Shown: piece after piece, positions 1-13,765 of the stretch
Position numbering within the stretch: the stretch's first letter is position 1
Layout: each line of letters begins with the position of its first letter
Assembly (NCBI GenBank): GCA_964016885.1
Contig: OZ024745.1
Coordinates: 45,260,001 to 45,324,000, forward strand
DNA: 64,000 nt
DNA from: Eledone cirrhosa
Taxonomy: Eukaryota
Reading direction: 5' to 3'
Translations under genes and position numbers: made by a program
The notes under the pieces: model-generated
Told to the model about the DNA's origin: nothing
The model's input: only the letters and a program-made list of their open reading frames with translations
Databases searched by the model: none

Positions 1-800
1 CTACACTTGTGACAATTATTGACACATAGTGCTGGGCCCATGGTACCATGTGACGACAAGTGCAGAGAGATCTCCAGATATAAAGCAATGCCTGTGCCGT
101 GAAGCTTTTATAGTGAGCAAAGGCACTGCACAAAGCCAGTCCCACTCTCTTAACCAAGATGATATTTACATATATGGTGGCTGCCAACTCGTTTTCGAGT
201 ACGGCCACTACTTTACATCCATGTAGGATAACCCCTACCGAAGCGCTGAACGAGTGTGACTTTTTAGTCCAGCCAGCGACTTGAAACCTCTGGTACAAAC
301 ACTACACCTGTGACAATTATTGACACATATTGCTGGGCCCATGGTAGGACAATTATTGACACATAGTGCTGGGCCCATGTGAGGACAAGTGCAGAGAGAT
401 CTCCAGATATAAAGCAATGCCTGTGCCGTGAAGCTTTTATAGTGAGCAAAGGCACTGCACAAAGCCAGTCCCACTCTCTTAACCAAAATGATATTTACCA
501 AAAAGAAGAACAAGTCAACATCATTGGATTACCATCAGGGTTGCAGGTGTTATATCAGAGTTTTCCTTCTTCTAGAATTCTGCCTTGACAAAGGCTAAGG
601 GGTCATCTCTCCCGGTGATTTTGGATGGCCATTGACTCTTAAGAGCTCCTTTGCCCTTTGACAGGTTTTGTTTTTAGTCCTGCAGGATGTCCAAAGTCAC
701 CCTCCTCACCAAGAAACCTTGGTGGGGTTGCCAGTTTAGTCGCCAACGACCCGACCATGAAACAGGTTGTACTGGGATACATGTTACCAGTAGCACCGAC
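1..800 (-). mobile_element. Internally deleted RTE-like non-LTR retroelement with tandem duplication of its 3' part (continues off the window edge)
   Basis: The minus strand encodes a C-terminal C2H2 finger CSVCTRGFKSLAGLKSHTRS (235-305) typical of RTE ORF ends. 1-168 is a near-identical direct copy of ~302-498. 505-800 is a GC-richer, 5'UTR-like segment ending at a (TA)n run. Confidence 0.55.
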
Positions 801-865
801 TGGTGACCTGACATAAATTTACATATATACATACATATATACATACATATATGCATATATATATA

Positions 866-906
<41 letters not shown>

Positions 907-951
907 AAGTAAAATAAAAAGTCAAATGTTTAAAATTTAGCTTCGTTTATT

Positions 952-1006
952 ACTGCTATATATATTTCGGTGACAGCCATCTTTGGCTGTGACCTCTTCA
1001 GGCAGT
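952..1006 (-). ncRNA. Type I minimal hammerhead ribozyme, family A (inverted arm)
   Basis: Exact reverse complement of 1257-1311. Confidence 0.85.
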
Positions 1007-1256
1007 CCGAATTAGTGTGGTATAGACAAGTACATATGTTGTTGAGGTGTATAATTTTGTCAATACTCTGATATGCCCAGTTCCTGGTTGGGTTGTTATT
1101 TCACTGAGGTACTGAAATCATATCTTAGGAACTGGAATCATATGATTCCAGTACCTCAGTGAAATAACAACCCAACCAGGAACTGGGCATATCAGAGTAT
1201 TGACAAAATTATACGCCTCAACAACATATGTACTTGTCTATACCACACTAATTCGG

Positions 1257-1311
1257 ACTGCCTGAAGAGGTCACAGCCAAAGATGGCTGTCACCGAAATA
1301 TATATAGCAGT
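1257..1311 (+). ncRNA. Type I minimal hammerhead ribozyme (PLE-type), family A
   Basis: Stem I ACTGC/GCAGT; core CTGAAGA (1262-1268); stem II GGTcACAGCCA...TGGCTGTcACC; GAAA (1295-1298); 1-bp stem III T-A closing palindromic ATAT loop; predicted cleavage after AUA (1306). Confidence 0.85.
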
Positions 1312-1487
1312 AATAAACGAAGCTAAATTTTAAACATTTGACTTTTTATTTTACTTTATTTTACATTACTCCGGAGTAACCAAACCAACCTGCGCACTTC
1401 GTCGAGTGCTCCAGCCTGCATACTGAGGTGTTGGTATACAACCAACATACACTCAAAATCTCCCTCTCTCTCTCTCTATATATATAT

Positions 1488-1548
<61 letters not shown>

Positions 1549-2759
1549 CACTCATGCATACAAACAGAATGCACGCGTATGCGTGATTTTTGTAGAAAAT
1601 ACACTTTCTTTATACTGTTTTTAATAGCATTAGCAACCATAATGACGGTTGCAACAGCAATAAAGTACAGACATTTAGACATTTGACATTTCAGAGATGA
1701 TTTACACCACATGGTTATCCTTGTAAATTACTACATTATTTTGAAAGAAAATAATGTTAATAAAAATTATCATAATTCCCCTCCTAATCATCATCACCAT
1801 CTCCATTACCACGGCGACTATAGCGATGGCCACCCTCTTCATCACTACCAGCACCATGTTCTTCGCTGTCGAGTTCGTTGTCGTTGTCATCATCATCATC
1901 ATCATTGATATATAATGCTGTTTTTTTTTTTTAATGTCATACAAGCTTTAAATGCTATACCAGATACACTTCTGTGCTCTTCAGGCATGTGCAGTATTTT
2001 CTTTTTATATTTTAAGATATATTTGGTTTACTGCTAATTGACAGCTCCGTGAAGTTTGGGTCGCCTTTGTGGTGCTGATTTTAATGTTATAGTTATTGTT
2101 GTTGTTGTTGACGTTCCGAAGTCAATCTGATCGAGTAGTCTCATGCTCTGAAAGGCCTGACAGGCGTCAACAACTCACTCTTGTGCACCTTTTATTTCGA
2201 AGGAATAGAGTGAGATTTGAGGATGGTTGCTCTGCTATATCTAGAAGGTCAAACGACCAGTAGTAGCTTAATCGCTTGTGGGCCGTATAGTTTGGTGAGC
2301 TATGTGGCTCAGCCTGGCGGACACCAGACTTCATTGGAGTCCTAACAACCACAACGGAAGAAGAATCTCAGCAATATTTACGCAGCAAAACTTCACGAAC
2401 AGAGCAGAGGAGGAAAGAGTTGAAGCAGATATGGTATGGTTTAGTAGTGTGTTAGTATATGTTGCTTTGACCCAGGGTCTTCTTGAATCTAGCATACCCT
2501 GCATCAAAAACAATTCTAATCCTCACTACCCTAGGATTACATTATATAATTTTTCATTCTTTTTAATTTGCTGGAGGTTTGGCTGCTGTATCTAGCATAT
2601 CGAATGACCATTACAACAGTCCTATTTGTAAAGATCGATCTGTGTGAGTGTAGATATATTTTATTTTTATCAGGCTGAGGATAACTGAATTAGAATACAG
2701 TTTCTTTTTGCATAACTTACAGTTTATTACAACCCAGTTAGAGGTTATGATTCGGATAT

Positions 2760-3650
2760 ATATTGTATTCATAGCTATTATCTTATTTAGTTCTTTGCTA
2801 TTAGTTTGACCTTTCTATAGAACTCTTCTCAGTCTTTTTCATTTCTTTATGTTGAATCTTTCAGTCTAAATTAAGATTCTAACGAATTTGTTTCTTTTTA
2901 AGGAGGCTTTGGCACATATGTCCAACTTCTTATCCATTTAAATACCTGTTCTGAAACATTTTGGTTGCGATACAGTTTTTAGAAGTCCTACTACCAAATT
3001 TTGTATCTTGTATAACATTTAAAAATAATCAGTATATTTGGTTTATAGTTTCTACAAAGAATTTGCATTCTTGGGTGATTTGATTCAACAAAATTATCAA
3101 ACTCCGAACAAGTGAAACGAATAGAAAAAAATATCTAATGAAGGTAAAAATCGTTATATATTTTCTATATGAGGGTGTAATTTGTGTTTTTCATATTTTG
3201 ATATTGGTGTTGCTGTGTTTATAAACAGCTTCTCCAATAAACAAATGTGTTAGCTTGTCGAAAATTGATCGGTTTTCAATTATATTTTCATTTTCTTGCT
3301 ATTTACCAAAAACTGTTTTTATAAATATATACAACTATGAAATATTATTTCCCCTTCTGACAAGATATTATCATTCAAATAAACACATGTCTTGTTTATA
3401 AATACATATGCTGGAGCTTTGATTATTATTTGGAAGCAAGTTACCATCCGGTAAATTTGGTGGTTTCTGGCAAGTTTGTTATAGGGAAAGAATATAGTTT
3501 TCTCCGTCTAGAAACTTATCAGATTTTGTTAAATTCTAGATTCATTAGTATTCCGTTGTAGACCATTGCAAGGAATTTAAGTTGTCACTGGGAACTTTCA
3601 GTTGTTAGCAATAATATACATGCTTGTCAATTCCTTTCATTTTACTGTAG
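2760..3650 (-). pseudogene. Highly decayed R4/Dong-like LINE RT remnant
   Basis: Frameshifted minus-strand remnants resembling NYRPITCL (~3440-3470), EEQKGC/GCKDQLLIN (~3300-3370) and FGLDKCAK (~2905-2940). Confidence 0.4.
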
Positions 3651-3689
3651 AGCAATGATTGTGATATTTTCAATTTTGAATCCATGAAT

Positions 3690-4042
3690 ACAGCACGGTC
3701 TAATGGTTAACGAATTTACTTCACAATCATTAGGTCTCGGGTTCGATTCCACTGCATGACTTCGTGGGCAAGTGTAGTTTATCATAGCCTCAGGTCGACC
3801 CCTGCTTTTTTGAGAGAAATTGGATAGATGAGAAATTGTTTGGAAGCTTGTCGGATGAACTATAACTATCTATAATTCTAAGGACCAGCCATGACGCCCA
3901 ATGTGTCACGCTGAATTTCCTTGAGAATTACGTTAAAGGTACACGTGTCAGTGGAATGCTCAGCCACTTACACGTTGATTTCATAAGTGGGCTGTTCTGT
4001 TGGTCGAACAACTGGACCAGTCATCGTCGAAAACGATGGAAG
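3690..4042 (+). mobile_element. tRNA-derived SINE (long family)
   Basis: A-box-like ggtctaatggtt and B-box GGTTCGATTCC. The body gtgtcacgctgaat...ctcagccacttacacg recurs at 16350-16490(-), 19080-19170 and 47120-47370. Confidence 0.65.
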
Positions 4043-4157
4043 ATAATTCAATTGTCTATTCACATTCCTTCATTATTCATTTGTATGTTTATTATACCCA
4101 GTGTCTGCTTAGTGTGTCTATAATTCTGTATTGCCTTTAGTTTTTGTATAACTTCTA

Positions 4158-4375
4158 GAGCGGTGTAGTGGCAGAATCGGCAGAGCGTTGGACAACATGC
4201 TTTGCGGCATATAGTTACAGCTTTTTACGTCTGATTTCAAATCCTGCAAAGGTTAACTTTGCCTTTCATTCTTACGCATCGATAAAATAAATTACCAGTA
4301 ACGTATTAGGGTAGATTTAATCTACTTTTCTCTTTGAATTTCTGGCCTTGTCTATAAAGTAGAAACAATTATTTA
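4158..4375 (+). mobile_element. tRNA-derived SINE (dominant short family)
   Basis: TGGCAGAATCGG A-box, TTCAAATCC B-box, core aactttgcctttcat...gataaaataaa...ccag, tail ctggccttgt...agaaacaatta. Confidence 0.75.
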
Positions 4376-4929
4376 TTTATCTTCTAGAGCCGTGGTGTGG
4401 CAATATCAGTAGAACGTCGGAGAATATCATTGGTATAGCTTCTGCCATCACATATTTATACTAATGTTTAGTAACATGGCGGGTGGGAATCTTTTATTTC
4501 TTTGTTGATGTGGTTTCATATATCCTCTTTTCAGTTCTTTTGGTTATGGGGGTTGTAAAGATTTATTTTTATATACCTAATTTCTATATCTAAAGCTTGC
4601 TGAGTGTATTATGTATTAATTTGTTCAACATATGAACACTGTAGAGTTGTATTGTATTTGCTTATTATTTTAAAAGTTATTTATTATTAGCTTGTATATG
4701 CTTCAGTTTGTTATGAGCGGATTTAAGAGTAGTGTTTTGTTGTTGTAAAAGGGTTGTAGTGAATCGCTTATATTTAAAAGGAAAGCTATATTCCTGGCAT
4801 GCGAACGATAAGTATTCCTGCCTACATATTTGGTTTATAGCTTATTTAATTGGATACCTGAAGCGAAAACAGTGAGATATCAGACATGAAATCTACACCC
4901 TGAGCAAAAGCTCTTTTTGAGTAGATCCA

Positions 4930-5140
4930 TACATATCGAACTATTGAAAATTCAGCACCGGTGGTCGTCGAAACCCCAGGCTTCCTCGGACTCCGTACAG
5001 CCGAGTTCCTCCATAAAATCAGAACGCCAGCAGCCCGTCTGAGGAAGGAGCCCTGTGAGGTGCTGTGGTTTATGCAGCGGGTGACACTGGCCATTGTCCG
5101 CGGAAATGCCTTTGCAGTTTTTTTCCGCAAGGCGCAGTCG
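4930..5140 (+). pseudogene. CRE-like (RLE-type) LINE C-terminal fragment
   Basis: VVETPGFLG...WFMQRVTLAIVRGNA, a motif characteristic of the end of the restriction-like endonuclease in CRE-clade elements. Confidence 0.6.
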
Positions 5141-5829
5141 AAACACCACCCCGAGCTAGGTGTAGAGTCTGTCACCCTCTCCCCTTCCCCCTCTCTTTCC
5201 TCCTTTGCCAGATAGTCGTTGCTCTTTCCCTCCATTTCTTCTCATTTATGGCATTTATAGTGCGTTCCTTTACTTTCCTAAAGTCAGATCTGCCATTCTT
5301 TATACCTTTCCCCCTTTTTTTCATTACTTAATTTTGTTTTTATACTTTTTTAATATTTCCATCATTGTATACATTTTATTTGTAAAATATCTTAATTATA
5401 AACTTAAGAAATATCATTTTAATAAACAAACTGGAAATGTAAAAAAACAAACAAACAAAAAATACGCTTATAGTTGAAGTTTCTGAACATGAAAAAATTA
5501 ACTTAATTCACTCGATAACGTGATACATTTTATTTAGAAGATAACTTCTATTTGTCTATAGACTAATTATTGTGTGACAACCACTTCAACACAGCGGGTG
5601 TCAAATGAATTCCACGAAGTGTTCAAGAACACAATATCACAATACCAACAAAGCTCCCTCCTTCGTTGAATACAGGACCAGCAGCAGCATTACATCAGCC
5701 AACTTGTCTTGTGTGCTGACGGTGAAACTCATTGCTAACATTTATGTAAGAACTCATCTCGTAGTAACAAAACATGTCTCATATTAACATTATCCATTTT
5801 CTGAAATTCGATAGGATGATTTTTGGTAA

Positions 5830-6215
5830 ACTCCAGTGTTTATAATCAGCTCGCGGTGGTAAACCCCTCATCTGGGATGCCACATGCAGAAACACTTTCT
5901 CCAGCAGCAACCTGGTGCAGTCTGCGACTAATCCAGGTTCTGTTGCACTTCGAACCGAGGAGGGTAAACTCTCCAAATCTCCAAATATCGGTCACTCTCC
6001 GACAAGTTTGCGGTGGAGCCCATAGCGGTGGAAACTTCTGGTGTCCTTAGCCCTATGACCACCTCCCTATTTACATCGGCACAGAGTTGGCTACCCACAG
6101 GTGTGAGCCTCGTGAGCAGGGATGGCTCTTCCAGCGCGTCTCCTTCACCATCCTCCGGGGAAACGCCTTCTCTATTCTGTCCACCGGGACTGTGGAGCAG
6201 CCAGCGCGTGGGCCC
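5830..6215 (+). pseudogene. Second CRE-like LINE C-terminal fragment
   Basis: GKPLIWDATC (~5857-5890), EPIAVETSG, EPREQGWLFQRVSFTILRGNA in shifted frames. Confidence 0.65.
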
Positions 6216-6684
6216 CCATTTGTTGATAATAGTGAAAGATGGGGAGAGCAAGAGAGACGGTGGCAGTGACAGTAGGAGTTTGGTCCCACTGTGTTCCGAC
6301 TTGGTGTATATGTATTTACCACACCAGATTAATACTTTATATACACCTCAGTTTAGCTATGTATTATAAAACATTCGCATGATTTAGCTTCTGTATTCTT
6401 AAATCTGATGAAAATCCAACGTATCCAATAAACAGAAAACTGCAGATATATTTAACATGGAATGATTGGTTTGAGTATTTTAAATGTTTATTCTTCCGTA
6501 TCATTTAACCATTTGTTTCTTTTTCTTTGTGATTTCTTTATAAACTATTTTCTCCCTAACCATTTCTCAATTCTTGGCTTCCCCAGTCCCAAACATTTCT
6601 TTTAACTTTTCATTTCTTCCCACTCCAAGAATCCTTCTCGTCTGTGATGTGTACCATCATTCACCCACTCCTTTTACCTCAAAC

Positions 6685-6685
<1 letters not shown>

Positions 6686-6775
<90 letters not shown>

Positions 6776-6836
6776 TGTCTCTCTCTCTCTCTCTGTTTAT
6801 CTTGTCCTCTTGTTTTTCTTTCTACGTTCTACTATT

Positions 6837-6890
<54 letters not shown>

Positions 6891-6960
6891 CCCTCTCTCT
6901 CTCTCTGTTTATCTTGTCCTCTTGTTTTTCTTTCTACGTTCTACTATTTCTTTCTTTCTT

Positions 6961-7031
<71 letters not shown>

Positions 7032-7065
7032 ATCTTGTCCTCTTATTTTTCTTTCTACTATTTCT
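6686..7065. repeat. (TTTC)n/(TC)n microsatellite with a ~45-bp unique unit triplicated
   Basis: tgtttatcttgtcctctt(g/a)tttttctttctac at ~6795, ~6906 and ~7026, each embedded in (TC)/(TTTC) runs. Confidence 0.85.
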
Positions 7066-7313
7066 ACTACATCTACCCTCCCCCCTCCTCCTCCCCCTCC
7101 CTCTCCCCGTCACTATACTACACTGTATACATTACCACTCAAAAGGAGACGTGGCTTGAGGTAAACATATTCTAATCCAGCTTGTATTTCTTTATTGCCT
7201 TTGTTTTGAAGTGTCAGACTTCTAATCAGACAGTCGTACACCAGATGATCCAGATTTACACTTGCAGAAAATAAACAAAATCTATGCAATAAGAGTCTAC
7301 TAGAATAATATAT

Positions 7314-7463
7314 TATGTATGTATGTATGTGTGTGTGTGTATGTATGTATGTATGTATGTATGCATGTGTGTGTGTGTGTGTATGTATGTATGCATGTAT
7401 GCATGTATGCATGTGTGTGTGTGTATGTATGTATGTATGTATGTATGCGTGTGTGTGTATGTA

Positions 7464-7494
<31 letters not shown>

Positions 7495-7681
7495 ATGTAT
7501 GTATGTATGTATGTATGTGTGTATGTGTGTGTGTGTGTGTGTATGTAAGTATGTGTGTGTGTGTATGTATGTATGTATGTATGTATGTATGTATGTATGT
7601 ATGTATGTATGTATGCGTGCGTGTGTGTATGTATGTATGTATGTATGTATGTAAGTATGTATGTAAGTATGTATGTATGTA

Positions 7682-7714
<33 letters not shown>

Positions 7715-8500
7715 ATGTATGTGTGTGTGTATGTATGTATGTATGTGTGTGTGTATGTATGTATGTATGTGTGTATGCATGTATATGTGTATGTGTATGT
7801 ATGTATATGTGTTTGTATGTGTATGTGTATATGTGTATGTATGTGTGTGTGTATGGGTGTGTGTGTATGTCTATATGTGTGTGTATGTATGTGTGTGTAG
7901 TGTATATGTGTATGTATGTATATATGTATGTGTGTGTGTATGTATGCATACATTTATATGTATGTATATATGTATGTGCATGCATATGTATGTGTATGTA
8001 TGTATATATGTATATATGTATATGCATGGATATGTATGTGCATGGATATGTATGTGCATGCATATGTATGTGTATGTATATATGTATGTGTATTTGTGTG
8101 TATATATGTATGTGTATGTATGTTTGAATGCATTTGTTTGTATGCATGTATGTGTGTATGAATGTGTATATACATGTAGGTATGTGTGTATATGTATGTG
8201 TATGTATGTGTATGAATGTATATATGTATGTGCAAGCATATGTATGTATATATGTATGTGCATGCATATGTATGTGTATGTATGTATATAATATGTATGT
8301 TTTTGTGTATATATATATATATGTGTCTGTATGTATGTTCGTATGTATTTATCTATATGTATGTGTGTATGAATGTGTATATGTATGTATGTATATATGT
8401 ATGTGTGTTTTCATGTATGTATGTACAGATGTATGTATGTATGTCCATATGCATACGTGCATGTCTGTGTGTATGTGTGTGATATATGTGTATGTATATA
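7314..8500. repeat. Compound (TATG)n/(TG)n microsatellite
   Basis: Directly visible; explains the HT/YV/CM-rich ORFs. Confidence 0.95.
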
Positions 8501-8642
8501 AGTATACAAATGATGTCGGCTGTTTATTTCTCTTAGAGGCCAACTAATTAATTATTGAACACATTGCCAATGTATATCAATGTAGTTGTATTTCTAACAG
8601 CCATCCGTCCGATGTCTTTCAGTCTTTCCCAGAGTTAATTCC

Positions 8643-8697
<55 letters not shown>

Positions 8698-9853
8698 TTG
8701 CATCTATGTATGTATATATGTATGTATTTAAATCTCTCTCTCTCTATGTAGCTATCTTTCTATCTTTCTCTCTCTCTATATATATATATATGTGTGTGTT
8801 TGTATGTATGTATAATGTGCTTAATTGCATATACTATACATGAGAAAATCCATCTTTTCGGCTTTCCACTTTTTATAAGCGTCTCTTTTCGTTTGTACAT
8901 CCCTTATGGTGTCTGTCTATGCATGCTAGTATCTATACATATATGTAATTGCATCTCTCACTCCCATGTCTCTCATATTATCAAAGCAGACTAATTTATC
9001 TATCATGTTATTCGGTGTGTTTGTAAATAACCATTATGAGAATAGTCAACGGCTGAATTTAAACGTAGCCATTCTACACAGCTGTGCATGGGTAAGAGTT
9101 CTTAAAACTTCCCGTCTAAGATGGAGTTTCGGCACAGAAAGGAGAGGGAAAAATGAAGAGAGAGGGGTGGTGGGAGGTAATGGAGAGAGGGCAATGGAGA
9201 GAGGTGAAAAGAGCGTGATGGAGAAATCGTAATGGAGAGAAAATGATGGAGAGAGGGAGATGAAGAGAAGGTGATGGAGAAAAGGTGATGAAGAGTAGGT
9301 GATGGAGAGATGGAGAGAGTGAGATGGAGGGAGTGAGATAGAGGCAGGGGGCTTGGGGGAGGTAGTTGCAGTTAAATAAGTACTATTAGTATTGGATTTA
9401 TCGATATTTCTAATATAGATTTTGTATTACACTATAAGTTATACACTAAATTCTTCACGTAAGTAAAACATATCTTAGCCATCAATATAAAGTTAAGACA
9501 TATTCTATTATGATGGTTGACCCAAGCAAGAGACTTGTGCTACGAGAATACTGCTGTAAATACGTTATGGTATATTGAAGTATATCCATGTTATAAATTT
9601 GATAGAACGAACACTATAAAACTAGATATTATTAATGAATAAATTCTTAGGTTATATCCATACGATTGCTATATATATATAACAAATTATAAAACCATAA
9701 TTATTTCTGCAACCTAACTTTTTTTGTGAAAACTATAATTTATATTGTATAAACTAACGTATTTTCGTTGTGTACGGTAAATGTACATATATATATATAT
9801 ATATATATATTAATTCAAAATATTAACAAAATAGATATGCTTGTGATCAAGTA

Positions 9854-9920
9854 TATTTTATTATACATATTTCAGGGGTACTGAGTTAACTTCAACAGTA
9901 CGTCCTCATCAGATAAAATA
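9854..9920 (-). ncRNA. Hammerhead ribozyme in the 3' pseudo-LTR of the PLE (family B)
   Basis: Minus strand: TATTTTAT-CTGATGA-GGAcGTACTG...CAGTACcCCT-GAAA-T-ATGT-A-TA-ATAAAATA; 8-bp stem I. Confidence 0.75.
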
Positions 9921-10221
9921 AGGTGATGCATGACATACCCTGACATAGTAGATGGTTAAGATTCAGTCATGGTAGTGAGTAATATATGACAAAACTCAAT
10001 ATTTATATACCTTAATACTGAGAAACATGAGAAAAATATATAATACATACAATAGAGAGGGTGCGTGTGAGACAGCTTAAAAAATACTTGGCATCAATAT
10101 AACTGTTAAATAATTTAAATTACTGAAGAAAGAGGAAAGAAAAGAAAAGCATAGAGGAAGAGACAGATGATGGGATAATATAGTTAGTAGGGGCCTAGAA
10201 AAGCAAAAGAGAGTTGATTAC

Positions 10222-10324
<103 letters not shown>

Positions 10325-11904
10325 TAAAGAGGAATAACTTATGTTCAAGTCTTTAGACAATTATCCATATATACAATATATATCTAAACATTTGACCGTT
10401 AATATTCAAAATATTTAATTTAAGTTAGTTCAGAGTAATGAATAATATTTTAGGTTTTAAAAGTTAATAGGTATCTGTATTAATATTAAAGTATACTATC
10501 AAATTTAATTTCTAAAATCAAATTTTATGAAATCAAATTTAAAGGATTTACAAACACGAGAAAGAAAACAATGTTTTTTACAACCTCACGAAGGTAAACT
10601 TTACCAAATTTATCATATAATATTGGCAAGAGTTTATATAATATAATTTAGAAATAATTACCGTTATAATTTTTAAAGAATTTATGATTAACAATTTGAG
10701 TGCCTAAAGGATCAACAGGCCTTATAATTAAACTTAAAAAGTTCTGAATTTTAAATTACATATATGTGTTTATCAAAGAAAATACACAAAGATTAAATTG
10801 TCTAAAGACTTAAGATGATACCTTTCAAATATACATAATATAATACAATAAGTTACTGAAAATATTGTTAAAAATTAATGTTTTAGATCAATTATTGTAA
10901 AAGGATCATTTAAAAGATATATACTATAAATATATAAGTCAAAACTTCATGAGTCCTAAGGATAAGGACTAGATATAAAATAAAAAGTGAAAAAATAAAA
11001 AGTGAAAAAAAGTGAAAAAATAATGAATTGTTTGCGAAACATAAAAATGCTCAATATTTAAAAAGATATAGTTTAAAATGCAAGAGGGTTTTATTATATA
11101 GTAGACAAAAATACTTCTAAAATGTCCAACGAAGGTGATAGAAAGAGGAGCTAAGGATTTGAATGATCCGGAGGTAATCTAAATTTAATTAAAATAAAAT
11201 AAATTAAATTAAATTAAGTAATAATCATTATATAATTTCGAACATTAAGGAAATATCTAATACTTATAACAATAGAGAGTCATTTGAGTATCTAAATTAC
11301 TTATAAATGTAACTACGAGCATGTTATTATACTATATAATATATAGAGAGAGTATTATAGGTATTAGTGAAACGATATACATATAATAACTAAATAAATA
11401 ATTACAATTATTATTAGTAAAGTTATAATTGTAGTTTTACCTCCAGTTCAGTGGAAAGAGAGACCAATATTTGTCGACTAGTATGGTTTGTGATATTTAT
11501 ACCTAAATATATATAAAAAATATATATGTGCAAATCTAACTTTCTGAGTCCCAAAACATACCCAAAATGAGTAAAATATATAAATGCATGAATGATTTAC
11601 GGTTCAATTATAACCGGTAATCTTACAAGTTATATATCCAAATTATATATTTAAAACAAAGACAAATATATATAAGGATCCGAATCTAAATTATAAATAT
11701 CTAAAATAATCCAAAGGTGTGCATATTCCTCAAGAGAACAAGTTAACAAATAATATGTTTATATACCTAAATAGGATCCTTCATTCTAACATTAATTCTA
11801 TCATAAATGATTAGAAAATAAAGTATTATTAAAGTTTTATAAGCTGTTATAACGTTTTAGGTACAACAGTTGATAAGAGACGTCAAAAATTAAAACCTGT
11901 TTGT

Positions 11905-13535
11905 TTAGTGTTTTTTCCTGACTTTTTGCGAGGCTTGGAATATAGACAAAGCTTTATGAAGGCAGTTTGAGAATAATTCACTGTTTTTGTTAATTAAGTT
12001 TTCATAATTATTAATTATTAATAGAGTCTCCTTAGTACAGAGGTTGCAGTTAGTTGATATAGACTAATTCGAATAGATTCTACTATTACAAAGCTTCGTC
12101 CAAAAAATCGAGTATTTTAAATTTTTGTCTATTAATGACCATAAAAGTTGTGATAAAGAAGTCGAAGAGTTCCTATTAGGATTCGAAAACGAGCATTTGT
12201 GGTTCGCAAATCTCGATTTAAATGTCGAAGAAGTTGCCCCTATGTAGTTGTATGTGATGTTATTTGCTTTTACGGTGCATTTATACACTAAATTTCTATC
12301 CAGACAATTATTTTGCAGAGGGCAATCTGGTTTATTTCTACAATTACATTTCGATTTATTATTATTTATATTAGCACTATTATTAACACTATTATGCTGA
12401 TTTTTGTTTAGAATTCTACTATTTAGTTTAGCGATGTTTTGGGCCAAATTCATAGTTGTAGAATAAGAAAGCTTAATTGTGTGTCTATTAAGTATGGAAC
12501 GGTATTTATGTTGACTAGGGAAGGAATTATCTAAAGCCTTAAAGAATAGATTAGCCAGTGGTATTTTTACTGCTACAGAAGCAGGGGGGAGGGGGGACAA
12601 ACCATATAACTGATTTAGTTCTGTTTTTTTACTCCGATTTATTCACAGTACAGGTGTTTGAATTATAATTTTTAGAATTTCGTTTATACATGCCAGTCAT
12701 ATTATTATTATTTTTATCAGGATTAAGATTCGAATTATTATTGTCTATATATTCTATATTATTTTTATAACCTGCCTTTCTTAGCGCATCATTGTAATAT
12801 CCTGCTTTTTCATCAAATATTGATTTATTCGCAGATATTCTAGTTATGCGTTTCTGTACACTATTGACAATAGCATTTTTCACAGATTTAGGGTGATTAG
12901 AGTAATAACTAACGTAATTTAAGTTTTCATTGGGCTTATGGAAAGGGTAATAAAAACCAGAGTTTAAGTTAAGGGTAACATCAAGGAAATTAACTATTTT
13001 GGTACCACTGTCAACCTCTAATTTAAGGTCGTAATTTTTAAAGAATTCAATTATATTTTTCTTAACCTTATTTTGTTCTGTAAATAAAATATCGTCCCTA
13101 TATAAACCACCGGTAATCTCCGGCAGGTTTCTATTTACCATATTTAAGATGAAAATCCCCAGAAGATCCGTGACTTGCGCTGAATCCGATGATCCCTTGG
13201 TAATGTCAAAGTTTCTATTTCTATCTGAGTGGGTCCAATACTCATTGTTGAAATTAATTAGAGTTCTTTTAGCAGTTAATATGATATCGATTTCATCCGT
13301 AGTTAGATCTGTATGTTTGTAAGCGTAGGATAAAGCCTTATTTAATAGGTTAGGCGTAATGGAAGAGTAATAGCTTGTTATGTCCATTTGGTTGAATTTA
13401 TGGTTTTTCTTATCATCTATATTTTTATACCAATCAATCACTTCATTGGTGTCCTTCCACAAGCTCAATTTAGACCTCAATTTCAAAATAGGTAGAATTC
13501 TATCAATAATATTCTTACTGATTACTCCAATATAT
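11905..13535 (-). pseudogene. PLE ORF: reverse transcriptase + CxCx5C linker + GIY-YIG endonuclease (disrupted)
   Basis: RT motifs DITSYYSSI, FDITKGSSDSAQVTDLLG, GLYRDD, NFLDVTLNL; linker CNCRNKPDC; EN LVYKC...YIGATS...FKSRFANHK. In-frame past TAG (12064-12066) it continues CNLCTKE...LINKNSELFSNCLH to TAA at 11905-11907. There is also a TAA at 12629-12631 and a frameshift in the poly-C at ~12585-12600. Confidence 0.9.
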
Positions 13536-13698
13536 TTTTTAAGCTGTCTCACACGCACCCTCTCTATTGTATGTATTATATATTTTTCTCATGTTTCTCA
13601 ATGTTAAGGTATATAAATATTGAGTTTTGTCATATATTACTCACTACCATGACTGAATCTTAACTTACTACTATGTCAGGGTATGTCATGCATCATCT

Positions 13699-13765
13699 TA
13701 TTTTATCTGATGAGGACGTACTGTTGAAGTTAACTAAGTACCTCTGAAATATGCATAATAAAATA
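13699..13765 (+). ncRNA. Hammerhead ribozyme in the inverted pseudo-LTR (family B)
   Basis: TATTTTAT-CTGATGA(13707-13713)-...-GAAA(13746-13749)-T-ATGC-A-TA-ATAAAATA. Confidence 0.72.

Larger units (their letters stand above)
901..1464 (+). mobile_element. Fold-back (inverted) PLE pseudo-LTR element, family A, with HHR in both arms and a ~100-nt unpaired 3' tail
   Basis: 901-1123 is the near-perfect reverse complement of ~1140-1362. Tail 1363-1464 follows only the right arm. Flanked by (TA)n at left and (TC)n(TA)n at right. The same sequence recurs at 14771-15004. Confidence 0.85.

Noticed and set aside
715-812. HDV-like ribozyme at the RTE 5' end (minus strand)
   Set aside because: A P4-like hairpin and CTAA-ACTGG are present, but I could not build P1, P3 or L3.
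11905-13535. Selenocysteine (UGA) recoding as reported for some Naiad PLEs
   Set aside because: The interruptions in the retained part are TAA, TAG and a frameshift, not TGA, and I saw no SECIS; the missing N-terminus cannot be judged.
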